Below, in pieces: positions 17,810 through 27,638 of a stretch of DNA of 52,985 nucleotides. Below the pieces are notes generated by a model that was not told where the DNA came from, did not search any database, and saw only the letters and a program-made list of their open reading frames with translations. Position 1 is the first letter of the stretch, and each line of letters begins with the position of its first letter. A program made the translations under genes and the position numbers. This DNA comes from a virus. Its lineage: Duplodnaviria; Caudoviricetes. The stretch is taken from the IMG/VR virus record IMGVR_UViG_3300030099_007681, positions 1-52,985 of that record. One strand, 5' to 3'.

Positions 17810-18871
17810 ATGTCAAGCTTACTGAAAGAAGCAATCGTGGATGCCAAGGCATTACGCGAGACTGCGCTAAAAAACGCCGAAACTTCTGTTATTGAAAAAT
17901 ACTCTGAAGAAGTAAAAACAACTTTAGAACAATTATTAGAACAAGAAGAAACAACGGAAGCCAACCCTTCAAATGTGGCCGATAATATACCCCTTGCAGC
18001 AACTGATGATTTATCAGAAGAAGAAGGCGATGTTCCAACTGGGATGCAAGAGAGCGGAGAAGACGTGCCAGTTAATATTGATCTTGATGCGCTTCAAGAA
18101 GCCGTTGCCGCATTGGAAAGCGAACTTAGTGAAGATGAAGAAATTGAGCTTAGTGAAGATGAAGAAATTGAGTTGACTGAAGAAGATTTAGCTTCTATTC
18201 TTTCTGAGGATGATGAAGACTTGAACGAAGAAGAAGATAAAGAACAAATTGATGAAGCTGATGAGGATGATGACAAAAAAGAAGAAGAAGTTAGTGAAGA
18301 CCTTGATACTGATGCGCTCGTTAGCGCTATCATGGAAAAGCTTACTGTTGACATGGGCGCTGATTTAGCCGGCTGGGCCGGCCGTAGAGAAGAAGATAAG
18401 ATTTATCAAATGGAAAAAGAAATGGCGCATCGGCGCTCTACAGATGTAGAAGAAGAAATGAAAGATTTAAAGAAAGCACAAGAAGAGTTAGTTTTTGAAA
18501 ATAAACAACTTACTAAAAAGCTTTCACAATACGAGGGAGCACTGGGAGAATTGCAAGAAAACTTGCAAGATGTAAACCTTTCAAACGCTCGCTTGTTATA
18601 TACGAACCGTGTACTTAGGAATACCTCCTTTAATGAGCGACAAAAACAAAAGATTGTCGAAGCAATTTCTAATGCTGGTTCTGTAACTGAAGCACGCACT
18701 ATTTTTGAGACGCTTCAAAGCACAGTGGAGGCTAAGCCAAAGCAAAGCCCACAATCGCTGAGCGAGGCAATCAGTAATAAACGTTCGTCAGTTATACGTG
18801 CTTCTCGCCAAGAGAGCACACCATCCGATCCTTTACAAGATAGGATGAAAAGACTAGCAGGTATCAAATAG
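17810..18871 (+). CDS. prohead scaffold protein (T4 gp22-like)
   Basis: Highly acidic coiled coil directly before MCP; VNLSNARLLYTN and C-terminal RMKRLAGIK. Confidence 0.85.
   Translation: MSSLLKEAIVDAKALRETALKNAETSVIEKYSEEVKTTLEQLLEQEETTEANPSNVADNIPLAATDDLSEEEGDVPTGMQESGEDVPVNIDLDALQEAVAALESELSEDEEIELSEDEEIELTEEDLASILSEDDEDLNEEEDKEQIDEADEDDDKKEEEVSEDLDTDALVSAIMEKLTVDMGADLAGWAGRREEDKIYQMEKEMAHRRSTDVEEEMKDLKKAQEELVFENKQLTKKLSQYEGALGELQENLQDVNLSNARLLYTNRVLRNTSFNERQKQKIVEAISNAGSVTEARTIFETLQSTVEAKPKQSPQSLSEAISNKRSSVIRASRQESTPSDPLQDRMKRLAGIK
18125..18172 (+). repeat. perfect 24-bp tandem duplication (LSEDEEIE x2)
   Basis: cttagtgaagatgaagaaattgag twice. Confidence 0.9.
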
Positions 18872-18904
18872 ATACTAATAATATATTAAAGGAGAAATTA
18901 TAAA

Positions 18905-20752
18905 ATGGCTGGTATTATTGAAAGACTCACAGAAGGTGTAGTCAATCGTGATATGCGTGCTGAAGGTTCCGCTCTTCTTTCCAAGTGGGAAAAGACCGGT
19001 CTTCTTGAGGGAATTGATTCTGACCGACAGAGGCAATCTATGGCGCGCTTGCTTGAAAACCAAGCAAAAGAATTACTCCGCGAGAGCAGCAGCATGTCTG
19101 CTGGTGATGTTGAGGGCTTTGCTGCCGTCGCGTTCCCAATCGTTCGTCGCGTATTCGCAGGCTTGATCGCTAACGATCTTGTTTCTGTTCAACCAATGAG
19201 CCTCCCTAGTGGACTCATTTTCTTCCTGGACTTCGTGTTCTCGGGAGACCGCGGCGATGGCACAACTGAGCCCAGACGTATGGGTAACAATGCTGATAAG
19301 TCAGTATACGGTACCGATCAGGTTGGTAGCCAGATCACTGGTGGCGTTGATCTTGTTGGTGCAACAAGCCCTGGGTCACTTTCGGGCCCTCGCAACTCTG
19401 CGCGCGGTTATGCTTATGCTTCGCCCACTGGCTCCAACGACATTGCTGTCGGCAACGGGCGCCTCGTGGCTTCGTTTGCTATTACAGCATCAATGCAAGA
19501 CTCAGATAAGAAGCTGATTGATTACGATCCAGACATTCTTGCAAAGTCTACTGATAACGGTACTGCAACTCACGCAGCTCTCGTTATTGAAATCTCATCT
19601 AGTGCTTTCAACTCAAATATAGACTTGTATAACTTATCTGCAATCAGTGCTTCTGCTGGTTGTGCTACTTTTGGTGGTGCTTTGGTTCAAACGCCACTTC
19701 TCGGTAACACTCGTCGTCTGACCAAGCGTGTTCCGGCTGAAGATACAGATCTATTTAAGCGTGGAAACGCTGCAGCGACTGAAGCAATTCGACTTGTCGT
19801 TGTTGGTAGAACTGGTTCTTCTACTGATGAAGTTCGTACCTCTGGAAATTCCGAAATCCTCCGAGGCGCGGCACTTGAAGGTGCTGAAGGCGTTATCTTC
19901 CCACTTACCGACAAGCTTCAAGCTTCCGATGCGCTCGGTTCTATTGTGGGTGCTACTGATTGGGGACTTGAGGGTGCAACTAATATCCCTGAAATCGATA
20001 TCAAGGTTGACAGCATTGCTGTTACCGCTCAAACCAAGAAGCTTAAGGCTAAGTGGACTCCGGAGTTAGGTCAAGACCTTAACGCCTACCATAACCTTGA
20101 TGCCGAAGTTGAGTTGACTTCGATTCTCTCGGAGCAAATTGCCCTTGAAATCGACCGCGAAATCCTTGCAGACCTTGTCAACGAAGCAACTGCTGACACT
20201 CGCTATTGGGCTCGTGCTCCAGGTCTCTTTGTAGATTCCAACGGTGCCGAGATTGGTGCTTCTACTAAGGCTCCTGATTTCACTGGTACTGTTAGTGAGT
20301 GGTATGAAACTCTCGTTGAAACTATCAATGATGTTTCTGCACAAATTCACCGCAAAACTCTGCGTGGTGGTGCTAACTTTGTTGTCTGCGGACCTGAAGT
20401 TGCCAACATCCTTGAGTTTACTGCCGGTTTCCGTGCCTCTGTCACTCACGATGACGAGACAGGTTCTATCGGTGCGGTACAAGTAGGCTCGCTGAGCAAG
20501 AAGTTTGATGTCATTGTTGACCCATACTTCCTTCGCAACGTGTTGCTTGTTGGACGTCGCGGTAACTCTTTCCTTGAAAGCGGTTACGTGTATGCGCCAT
20601 ATGTACCACTGCAAACTACTCCTACAATCTTCGGACCTGAAGACTTCGTACCACGTAAGGGTGTCATGACCCGTTACGCGAAGAAGATGGTTCGTCCAGA
20701 TATGTACGGATTAGTCATTGTACGTGGCCTCTTGGGCGAATCTGGCAGCTGA
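18905..20752 (+). CDS. major capsid protein (T4 gp23-like) with large insertion
   Basis: KWEKTGLLEG, VSVQPMSLPSGLIFFLDF, KLKAKWTPELGQDLNAYHNLDAEVEL, YAPYVPL, PRKGVMTRY. Confidence 0.96.
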   Translation: MAGIIERLTEGVVNRDMRAEGSALLSKWEKTGLLEGIDSDRQRQSMARLLENQAKELLRESSSMSAGDVEGFAAVAFPIVRRVFAGLIANDLVSVQPMSLPSGLIFFLDFVFSGDRGDGTTEPRRMGNNADKSVYGTDQVGSQITGGVDLVGATSPGSLSGPRNSARGYAYASPTGSNDIAVGNGRLVASFAITASMQDSDKKLIDYDPDILAKSTDNGTATHAALVIEISSSAFNSNIDLYNLSAISASAGCATFGGALVQTPLLGNTRRLTKRVPAEDTDLFKRGNAAATEAIRLVVVGRTGSSTDEVRTSGNSEILRGAALEGAEGVIFPLTDKLQASDALGSIVGATDWGLEGATNIPEIDIKVDSIAVTAQTKKLKAKWTPELGQDLNAYHNLDAEVELTSILSEQIALEIDREILADLVNEATADTRYWARAPGLFVDSNGAEIGASTKAPDFTGTVSEWYETLVETINDVSAQIHRKTLRGGANFVVCGPEVANILEFTAGFRASVTHDDETGSIGAVQVGSLSKKFDVIVDPYFLRNVLLVGRRGNSFLESGYVYAPYVPLQTTPTIFGPEDFVPRKGVMTRYAKKMVRPDMYGLVIVRGLLGESGS

Positions 20753-20772
20753 TAGCTGGATAGTCCACAATT

Positions 20773-20812
20773 AAAAACCTCCCTTGTTATTCAAGGGGGG
20801 TTTTTGTTTTTT
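20773..20812 (+). terminator. intrinsic terminator after MCP
   Basis: AAAAACCTCCCTTG-TTATT-CAAGGGGGGTTTTT followed by a T run. Confidence 0.9.
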
Positions 20813-20892
20813 AAGGTAAAAACTTTAAAATATCGATCCCTCAAAATTTTTCGCCGGCAATTTTTTGAGATTTTCGTTTTTTAGTTTTTTGT

Positions 20893-20901
20893 ACTATTTA
20901 T
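20893..20901 (+). promoter_or_regulatory. putative late promoter ACTATTTAT
   Basis: Exact motif in intergenic space. Confidence 0.7.
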
Positions 20902-20929
20902 TACAACACCAATACATAGGAGAATTGTC

Positions 20930-21154
20930 ATGGGTAAAAAATGGAAAAAGATTTGGCTTTATCGTAAGAAAAATGAAAAAGCTGTAGCTGCTGAAGAAAA
21001 ACCAGTTGTAGTTGAAACAAAAACATCATCTACTGAGTCAGAGTCAACCGACGCTAAGGCTAAAACATTACCAAAGAAATCAGCGACAAAAGCACAATCA
21101 AAGTCTGTTGTCAAAGAAAAAACAAAAACAAAAAAAGCTTCTTCTAAAAAGTAA
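20930..21154 (+). CDS. small Lys-rich low-complexity protein
   Basis: AGGAG SD; own promoter and terminator; K/T/S-rich tail. Confidence 0.7.
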   Translation: MGKKWKKIWLYRKKNEKAVAAEEKPVVVETKTSSTESESTDAKAKTLPKKSATKAQSKSVVKEKTKTKKASSKK

Positions 21155-21178
21155 ATTATAAATTAGTATACTTATTAT

Positions 21179-21213
21179 AATCCCCCTGTACGTCTTAGGG
21201 GGATTTTGTTTTT
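21179..21213 (+). terminator. intrinsic terminator
   Basis: AATCCCCCT-gtacgtctt-AGGGGGATT followed by a T-rich tail. Confidence 0.85.
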
Positions 21214-21219
21214 CGTTTT

Positions 21220-21228
21220 ACTATTTAT
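21220..21228 (+). promoter_or_regulatory. putative late promoter ACTATTTAT (neck operon)
   Basis: Exact motif directly after a terminator and before AGGAGG SD. Confidence 0.7.
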
Positions 21229-21246
21229 GTTAGGAGGCGAAAATGA

Positions 21247-22515
21247 ATGCCAACAAACCTTTCTCCAAGATCACAAACAAGCGCAATTGTGCTAACTTCT
21301 ACAGGCAGCACCGATTTGGTTGCTGCAGCCTGTCCTATAGGGACATACACCGGGTCAGCTGATTTTATTAGCGGCGCATCCGCTCAAGTTTCATATGTTT
21401 TTAAAAAATTGGGCGGTGATGTAGTAGATATTGAAATAACACCGGACAATGTTTATGCTTCATATGAAGAAGCTGTCCTTGAGTATTCTTACATTGTTAA
21501 CATGCATCAAGGTAAAAATGTTCTCTCAACTGTTTTAGGTTCACCAACCGGAACATTTGATCACCAAGGTGCTTTAAAATCAGGACCTTCAGGTAGTAAT
21601 ACTAAATATCCAAGATTTAGTTTGGGCTATTCCCAGCGCGTCGGCGATGGAGCTGCAACAGCTGCTGGGTTTGGTGGCATTGTACCTCAGTATTCAGCGT
21701 CTTTTAGAACAGTACAAGACGTGCAGGATTACGATATACAATCTATAATTCAAAGTGCGTCTAATTCTGGTGTTGATCAGGCCGGCCGTAGTGTGGATTA
21801 CGCTGGGAAGGTTGACAACAGTAGAGTAAGAGTTACTAAAGTTTTTTATCGTTCACCACGTGCAATGTGGCGCTTTTATGGCTATTATGGTGGTGTAGGT
21901 GTGGTTGGCAACTATTCAACGTATGGACAATTTGCAGATGACTCTACATTTGAAGTGATTCCAACCTGGCAAAATAAAATGCAAGCGATTATGTATGAAG
22001 ATTCAATTTATACACGCACTTCTCATTATTCATACGAGTTGTTAGATAACCATATTAGATTATACCCAACACCAAGTAATTTTGGTTTTGATCCTACCGA
22101 TGAAATATGGTTTAGATTTTATATTGATTTGCAACCATTTGAAACTGGTTCTTACAACTCTGGCGTTGAGGGTGTGAACAATATCAATACTGTTCCATTT
22201 GATAATATTCCATTTACTAACATAAACTCAATGGGACAACAATGGATTAGAAAATATTCATTAGCACTTTGTAAAGAAATGTTGGGGCAAATCCGCGGCA
22301 AATTTACTACTATGCCCATCCCAGGCGAATCTGTGACATTAAATCATAGTGAATTACTTTCTCAAGCAAAGGAAGAACAACAACAATTAAAAGATAAACT
22401 AATGGAAATGCTCAAAGAAATTGAGTACCCAGAATTAGCTAAGAAAGATCAAGAACTTTCAGATGCGTCTACCAATGTTCTTAAAATTAGTCCTCTTGGG
22501 ATTTATGTGGGGTAA
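21247..22515 (+). CDS. neck protein / head-tail adaptor (T4 gp13-like)
   Basis: KKLGGDVVDIEI N-terminal motif; QWIRKYSLALCKEMLGQIRGKF...IPG..VTLN C-terminal motif; position after MCP. Confidence 0.85.
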   Translation: MPTNLSPRSQTSAIVLTSTGSTDLVAAACPIGTYTGSADFISGASAQVSYVFKKLGGDVVDIEITPDNVYASYEEAVLEYSYIVNMHQGKNVLSTVLGSPTGTFDHQGALKSGPSGSNTKYPRFSLGYSQRVGDGAATAAGFGGIVPQYSASFRTVQDVQDYDIQSIIQSASNSGVDQAGRSVDYAGKVDNSRVRVTKVFYRSPRAMWRFYGYYGGVGVVGNYSTYGQFADDSTFEVIPTWQNKMQAIMYEDSIYTRTSHYSYELLDNHIRLYPTPSNFGFDPTDEIWFRFYIDLQPFETGSYNSGVEGVNNINTVPFDNIPFTNINSMGQQWIRKYSLALCKEMLGQIRGKFTTMPIPGESVTLNHSELLSQAKEEQQQLKDKLMEMLKEIEYPELAKKDQELSDASTNVLKISPLGIYVG

Positions 22516-22520
22516 TATAA

Positions 22521-23009
22521 ATGAGTGATCAGTGGAAAAAACCAGATGCACCACCACCCCCGCTTTTTTTAGGTAAAAAAGAGCGAGACCTTGTTAAACA
22601 AGTGAACGACGAGCTTGTTGAAAAGATAATTGGTCAGCAAATTTTGTATTATCCAATTGATATGCAAACCACAAATTTTCATGATATGTACGGCGAAGCT
22701 GTTCAAAAAACTTTTTTGGCGCCAATTCGTGTATATGCGCTCGTCACTTTTAATGAAGAGTCAACAAACTATCTTGAAGGCTTTGGAATTGATAAAATAT
22801 CACAAATTACAGTAAATTTTCATAAAAGACGCTTAGAGGAAGATCAAGACACGTTTGTTCGCGAAGGAGATTTTATTTTATACGGTGATATTTACTATGA
22901 AATTGTGAAATTGTCACAACCAAGAAAATTGTTTGGCCAAGTTGATCAAACATTTGAAATTAGTGCTACTTGTAAACGCGCAAGAAAGGGGTTATTTGAT
23001 GCTTCCTGA
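22521..23009 (+). CDS. head closure/neck protein (T4 gp14-like)
   Basis: GQQILYYPID...MYGEA, REGDFILYGDIYYEI; synteny. Confidence 0.75.
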   Translation: MSDQWKKPDAPPPPLFLGKKERDLVKQVNDELVEKIIGQQILYYPIDMQTTNFHDMYGEAVQKTFLAPIRVYALVTFNEESTNYLEGFGIDKISQITVNFHKRRLEEDQDTFVREGDFILYGDIYYEIVKLSQPRKLFGQVDQTFEISATCKRARKGLFDAS

Positions 23010-23865
23010 CAACTTTGATTTTGCTTTACTGCCAGAGGGCTCTAGCCAGTACACGCTTGAAGAAATAGGAATGTTTTCATCTACGATTGAAGATATTGAT
23101 TATGTGATTACGTCATGGTTAAAGAAAGACCTTGATCTTTTTTGTAATACGAACGAAGGAAGGGTCCAGGTGCCTGTTTTATGGCAAGTCCCTGAAAGAG
23201 CATATCAAATTAAAAATGAAAAAGATTTACGAGATAGCAATAATACATTAAAACTACCGCTTATCAGTATTGAACGCACAGGAATAGTCAAGGATCCAGA
23301 AAAAAAGGGCTCTTTTCAAGCGCATACATATTCTAAAGATAAAAATGGCAGATCCGGTAGATTTATTATTGCGAAACAAATAGTTCCTGATAAAACACAA
23401 AATTTTGCCATAGCTTCAGGAACTAGAACCAATACAGAGGGGGTACAACAACAATTTTATCCCAGAAATAACAAAAAAATAGTAATTAGAACCTTGTCAA
23501 TTCCAATACCCGTATATATTAACGTGCAATACAAAGTTAAATTGAAAACCGAATATCAACAAAACATGAATGAACTTTTAACTCCGTTTATCAGTCGCAC
23601 CGGCCAAATTAATGCATTTTCACTACGTAGAAACGGTCATATTTACGAAGTATTCATTGACCAAAACTTTACACATAACAATAACTTAGCTAATTTAAAT
23701 GAAGACATTAGAGAATTTAATACTGAAATTACACTAAGAGTTTTAGGCTATTTAATTGGCGAAGGTCCAAATGATGACCGTCCATTAGTGCGTGTTGATG
23801 AAAACGTTGTTGAATATGTTTTTCCAAAAGAATCAACTGTTCCAGACGGTTTTATTGACTTTTAA
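22999..23865 (+). CDS. tail terminator / sheath stabiliser (T4 gp15-like)
   Basis: Start moved to ATG 22999; PERAYQ, LPLISIER, IPIPVYINVQY...QQNMNELL; lies before sheath. Confidence 0.7.
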   Translation: MLPDNFDFALLPEGSSQYTLEEIGMFSSTIEDIDYVITSWLKKDLDLFCNTNEGRVQVPVLWQVPERAYQIKNEKDLRDSNNTLKLPLISIERTGIVKDPEKKGSFQAHTYSKDKNGRSGRFIIAKQIVPDKTQNFAIASGTRTNTEGVQQQFYPRNNKKIVIRTLSIPIPVYINVQYKVKLKTEYQQNMNELLTPFISRTGQINAFSLRRNGHIYEVFIDQNFTHNNNLANLNEDIREFNTEITLRVLGYLIGEGPNDDRPLVRVDENVVEYVFPKESTVPDGFIDF

Positions 23866-23928
23866 AACACTTCAGGACATGAACTACTGTTTTTCTTGGT
23901 TCTGTAATATCCTTTTGAAATCCAAAAT

Positions 23929-23937
23929 ACTATTTAA
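23929..23937 (+). promoter_or_regulatory. putative late promoter ACTATTTAA (sheath)
   Basis: Intergenic motif. Confidence 0.65.
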
Positions 23938-23989
23938 AGTATGATTGATGACATCAATTAATACAAAATTGTAAAGAGGGTTTTATAAC

Positions 23990-26959
23990 ATGTCAGTTAA
24001 AAGTTTTAAGTTTGTATCTCCCGGAGTGTTTATCAACGAGATTGATAATTCGTTCCGTCCCAGATCTTCTCAGGAAATTGGTCCTGTGGTCATTGGCCGC
24101 TCCACTAGAGGTTTAGCATTACAGCCAATTAAGGTTCAATCCTACTCAGAATTTGTTGAGGTTTTTGGCGAAACAGTGCCAGGAGGTGCAGGCGACGACG
24201 TTGCTCGTAATGGTAATTTTACCTCCCCAATGTATGGAACATATGCTTCCAAAGCTTTCTTGGCAGCTAATGTTGCCCCTCTTACTTATATTAGATTATT
24301 GGGTGCTGAACACCCACAAGCAGATTCAGACGGCAAGGCCGGCTGGGACACAACAAACGCACCAAATGCAACTGAAGTTAAGTCCAATGGTGGTGCATAT
24401 GGATTGTTTGTTTTTCCTAATTTTACATTTTCCACCGGAAATAGCACCGATGGCGTCAACGTCACCGCACCGACTGGCAACGGGCACTTAGCTGCAATTT
24501 GGTATTGCAACTCAGGATCACAAATTCAGCTGTCGGGAGTTTTTGCTAACGAAGAAGAGCCCCAGTCGCTCGATGGCCAAGAGCCTCATCACGGTTTAGG
24601 TGTTGGTAAACTTTTGAAAGTTGACACCGACAATTTATTTAAAGTTAAAATTGCAACCGCTGGTGGCACTTATGATGAAGTAATTAAATTTGGATTCGAT
24701 GACAATTTAGATTCCTACATTAGAGATAAATTTAATACAAATCCATCTTTAACAAGCACCGCTGGTACATATTATAATTCTGCTGCTCACAAACCCTATT
24801 GGCTTGGTGAAACGTTTGAACAATTCTTAAGAGATAATAGTGTAGTTGCTCCAGGTAATACTGGTTTGTATGGTGCGATTTATCCTCTTACTCTTTCGGG
24901 TTCAACCACAATTGGTCCTCACGAAAGACGACTTCCATCGCAAGAAGCTAGAGCCGGCTGGTTTATCGGCCAAGACTTAACTCTTAATCATGACGACTTT
25001 GATGCCGCGCTACAACAAAAACTTTTCCGCCTGATCGGCCGCGGTCATGGTGAATGGTTGCAGAAAAATTGCAAGGTTTCAATTGAAAAAATTAGGCAAT
25101 CTAAAACAACCACATCCGACTACGGGACATTCTCTGTTGTTATTAGGCAGCTTCAAGACACTGACAATAAAGTAATTGTTTTAGAACGCTTCGATAATTG
25201 TACTCTTGATCCAACGTCTCCAAATTATATTGCACGCAAGATTGGTGATGTATATCATGAGTGGAACAACCAAGAGCGCCAGTTAAAGCGTTACGGCTCC
25301 TACCCAAATCAATCGAAATATGTTTACGTTGACATGAACACAGAAGTTGATTCTGGTGTCACCAATGCTAAATTGCTTCCATTTGGGTACTTCGGACCTC
25401 CAAGGTATGCCACAGTTAATTTTGTTAGTAGTTCTGGCACCCCCACAAAACCACCAACCGCGGGCATGATTGGTCTGACTTCAGGAGCGTTTGGCAGCTG
25501 TCTTGAACAGCCGGTTGCTCAACGTTTAAGCGGTCAGTTCCCATTTCTTGCTGTATCGTTGACCTCATCAGCAACATCCGCATCCTTTGTGTTCCCAACA
25601 GACAGATTACGCAACAAAGGATCAGATGGCGGACTTTCAGATCAATTAAATGCGTATTATGGTTTCTCTAACACACGTACAGCAGCCAGCAGCCGTCATG
25701 ATGATAGTGTTGCAGACATGCATGCAATGTTAGATGATCGTCTTGGCCAAAGTGTTGATCCAACCTCGTCCCCACCAACCGGCGTACAGGGATTTGGCTA
25801 TGTGTTCACCCTTAATGACATTAAGGCAACAACCAGTGGTGCAAATAACTTGTTTTTCTATGAATCTGGCTCATATAAGAATAACACATCATTTTCAAAA
25901 GATTCTTATGAAACTTTACTAAATGCACGAGTTAATAGATTTACCGCGCCATTCCACAGTGGTTATGATGGACTAAACGTTAAGGTTCCAGATCCGTTCG
26001 CAAATACACTAATGGATTCTAGTACGACCGAAACTAACAGTTCTGCTCATTTTACTGTCAAAAGGGCAATTGACACAGTTGCTGACCCAGAATCAGTTGA
26101 CATGAATTTGTTAACAGTGCCTGGACTTACCGCTGATGCATTAACAGTGCATGCAACGAATGTGTGTGAAGATAGAGGCGATGCCATGGCCCTTATTGAT
26201 TTGCCAGGTGTTTATAGTCCAAATCATGAATCCTATAGCTCTACATTTTCTGGAAGACTTGGTTCCGGCGCTGAAAGCGTTGCAAATACTCTTAAAAATA
26301 GAAGACTTGACACATCTTATGGTGCCACCTTTTATCCATGGGTGCAAACTCTTGATGAAACAACAAGCCAACTGGTTTGGATTCCACCAAGTGTCGCAAT
26401 GTTGGGTGTACTAGCCTCTTCTCAAGCACGCTCACACCTGTGGTTTGCGCCGGCTGGATTCAACCGCGGAGGCCTTTCTGACGGGGCAGCTGGAATTCCA
26501 ATTACCAGTGTTACTGAAAAACTTACTTCTAAAGATCGCGATACGCTCTACGATGCTAAGATTAATCCTATCGCCTCATTCCCATCTACCGGGCTTGTGG
26601 TATTTGGACAGAAAACGCTCCAAGAGAGAGCATCTGCCCTTGATAGAATTAATGTTCGCAGACTGGTTATTTTCTTAAAGAAACAAATTTCAATCTTGTC
26701 AACACAAGTGCTGTTTGAACAGAATGTTCAGACAACTTGGAACCGCTTTAAGGGTCTTGTTGAGCCATTCTTAGCCAATGTAAAGGTTCAGTTTGGTATT
26801 ACAGATTATCGTTTGATTCTTGATGAAACAACTACGACCCCTGACTTGGTTGATCAAAACATATTATATGCTAAGATTATGATCAAGCCAGCGCGCGCCA
26901 TTGAATACATTGCAATTGATTTTGTAGTAGCTTCCTCTGGTGCATCATTTGAAGACTAA
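23990..26959 (+). CDS. contractile tail sheath protein (T4 gp18-like)
   Basis: FVSPGVFINEID, WFAPAGFNRG, INPIASFP, GQKTL, DRINVRRL, KPARAIEYI. Confidence 0.96.
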   Translation: MSVKSFKFVSPGVFINEIDNSFRPRSSQEIGPVVIGRSTRGLALQPIKVQSYSEFVEVFGETVPGGAGDDVARNGNFTSPMYGTYASKAFLAANVAPLTYIRLLGAEHPQADSDGKAGWDTTNAPNATEVKSNGGAYGLFVFPNFTFSTGNSTDGVNVTAPTGNGHLAAIWYCNSGSQIQLSGVFANEEEPQSLDGQEPHHGLGVGKLLKVDTDNLFKVKIATAGGTYDEVIKFGFDDNLDSYIRDKFNTNPSLTSTAGTYYNSAAHKPYWLGETFEQFLRDNSVVAPGNTGLYGAIYPLTLSGSTTIGPHERRLPSQEARAGWFIGQDLTLNHDDFDAALQQKLFRLIGRGHGEWLQKNCKVSIEKIRQSKTTTSDYGTFSVVIRQLQDTDNKVIVLERFDNCTLDPTSPNYIARKIGDVYHEWNNQERQLKRYGSYPNQSKYVYVDMNTEVDSGVTNAKLLPFGYFGPPRYATVNFVSSSGTPTKPPTAGMIGLTSGAFGSCLEQPVAQRLSGQFPFLAVSLTSSATSASFVFPTDRLRNKGSDGGLSDQLNAYYGFSNTRTAASSRHDDSVADMHAMLDDRLGQSVDPTSSPPTGVQGFGYVFTLNDIKATTSGANNLFFYESGSYKNNTSFSKDSYETLLNARVNRFTAPFHSGYDGLNVKVPDPFANTLMDSSTTETNSSAHFTVKRAIDTVADPESVDMNLLTVPGLTADALTVHATNVCEDRGDAMALIDLPGVYSPNHESYSSTFSGRLGSGAESVANTLKNRRLDTSYGATFYPWVQTLDETTSQLVWIPPSVAMLGVLASSQARSHLWFAPAGFNRGGLSDGAAGIPITSVTEKLTSKDRDTLYDAKINPIASFPSTGLVVFGQKTLQERASALDRINVRRLVIFLKKQISILSTQVLFEQNVQTTWNRFKGLVEPFLANVKVQFGITDYRLILDETTTTPDLVDQNILYAKIMIKPARAIEYIAIDFVVASSGASFED

Positions 26960-26988
26960 TAAAGTCGCGGCTCTTTTCAGACCGTGCA

Positions 26989-26997
26989 ACTATATAT
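26989..26997 (+). promoter_or_regulatory. putative late promoter ACTATATAT (tube)
   Basis: Intergenic variant before AGGAG SD. Confidence 0.5.
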
Positions 26998-27023
26998 TAT
27001 AGATTAACAGGAGAACCCCAACA

Positions 27024-27614
27024 ATGGCATTTTGGTCAGAAAATTACGGTGACGGCACCGGGCTAAAGGATCCGAAAAGAAACTTTAGATTTAAGGTTGA
27101 ATTTCAAGGAATTCAAGGCGCGCAAGGGCCTATGCTTTGGTATGCGAAAACCGCTACAAAGCCATCATTTGCAATTTCTGCTGCAGAGCACAAGTATCTA
27201 AATCATACGTTTTACTACCCAGGTTCCGTTACATGGAATGATGTGACGATCACCATGGTTGACCCATCTGATCCTGACATGGCTTCTACGCTAGCGGCCA
27301 TAGTTCAAGATGGGGGGTATAAGCCGCCTAACGATCCAACTGATCTTCAAAGTATATCTAAAGCATCTGCAGTGGCTTCTCTTGGTGCAGTTACCATTTC
27401 TCAACTTGATAGTGATGGTAACGAGCTTGAGACATGGACTCTTTGGAACGCTTTTATTATTGATGTTAAATTTGGCGACTCACTTGCTTATGGTGATGAA
27501 AACTTAACAGAACTTTCAGTTACTCTTAAGTATGACTGGGCAAGAATCAATGTTACTAACAACGGTTCTATTAATACGCTTAGTCAAGGAAAGAAAGAAT
27601 TCTTTAGAACATAA
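27024..27614 (+). CDS. tail tube protein (T4 gp19-like)
   Basis: DPKRNFRFKVEF, YYPGSVTWNDVTIT.VDP, ETWTLWNAFI, SVTLKYDWA. Confidence 0.9.
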   Translation: MAFWSENYGDGTGLKDPKRNFRFKVEFQGIQGAQGPMLWYAKTATKPSFAISAAEHKYLNHTFYYPGSVTWNDVTITMVDPSDPDMASTLAAIVQDGGYKPPNDPTDLQSISKASAVASLGAVTISQLDSDGNELETWTLWNAFIIDVKFGDSLAYGDENLTELSVTLKYDWARINVTNNGSINTLSQGKKEFFRT

Positions 27615-27638
27615 TATAATTTAAAATAGAGGTGTATA

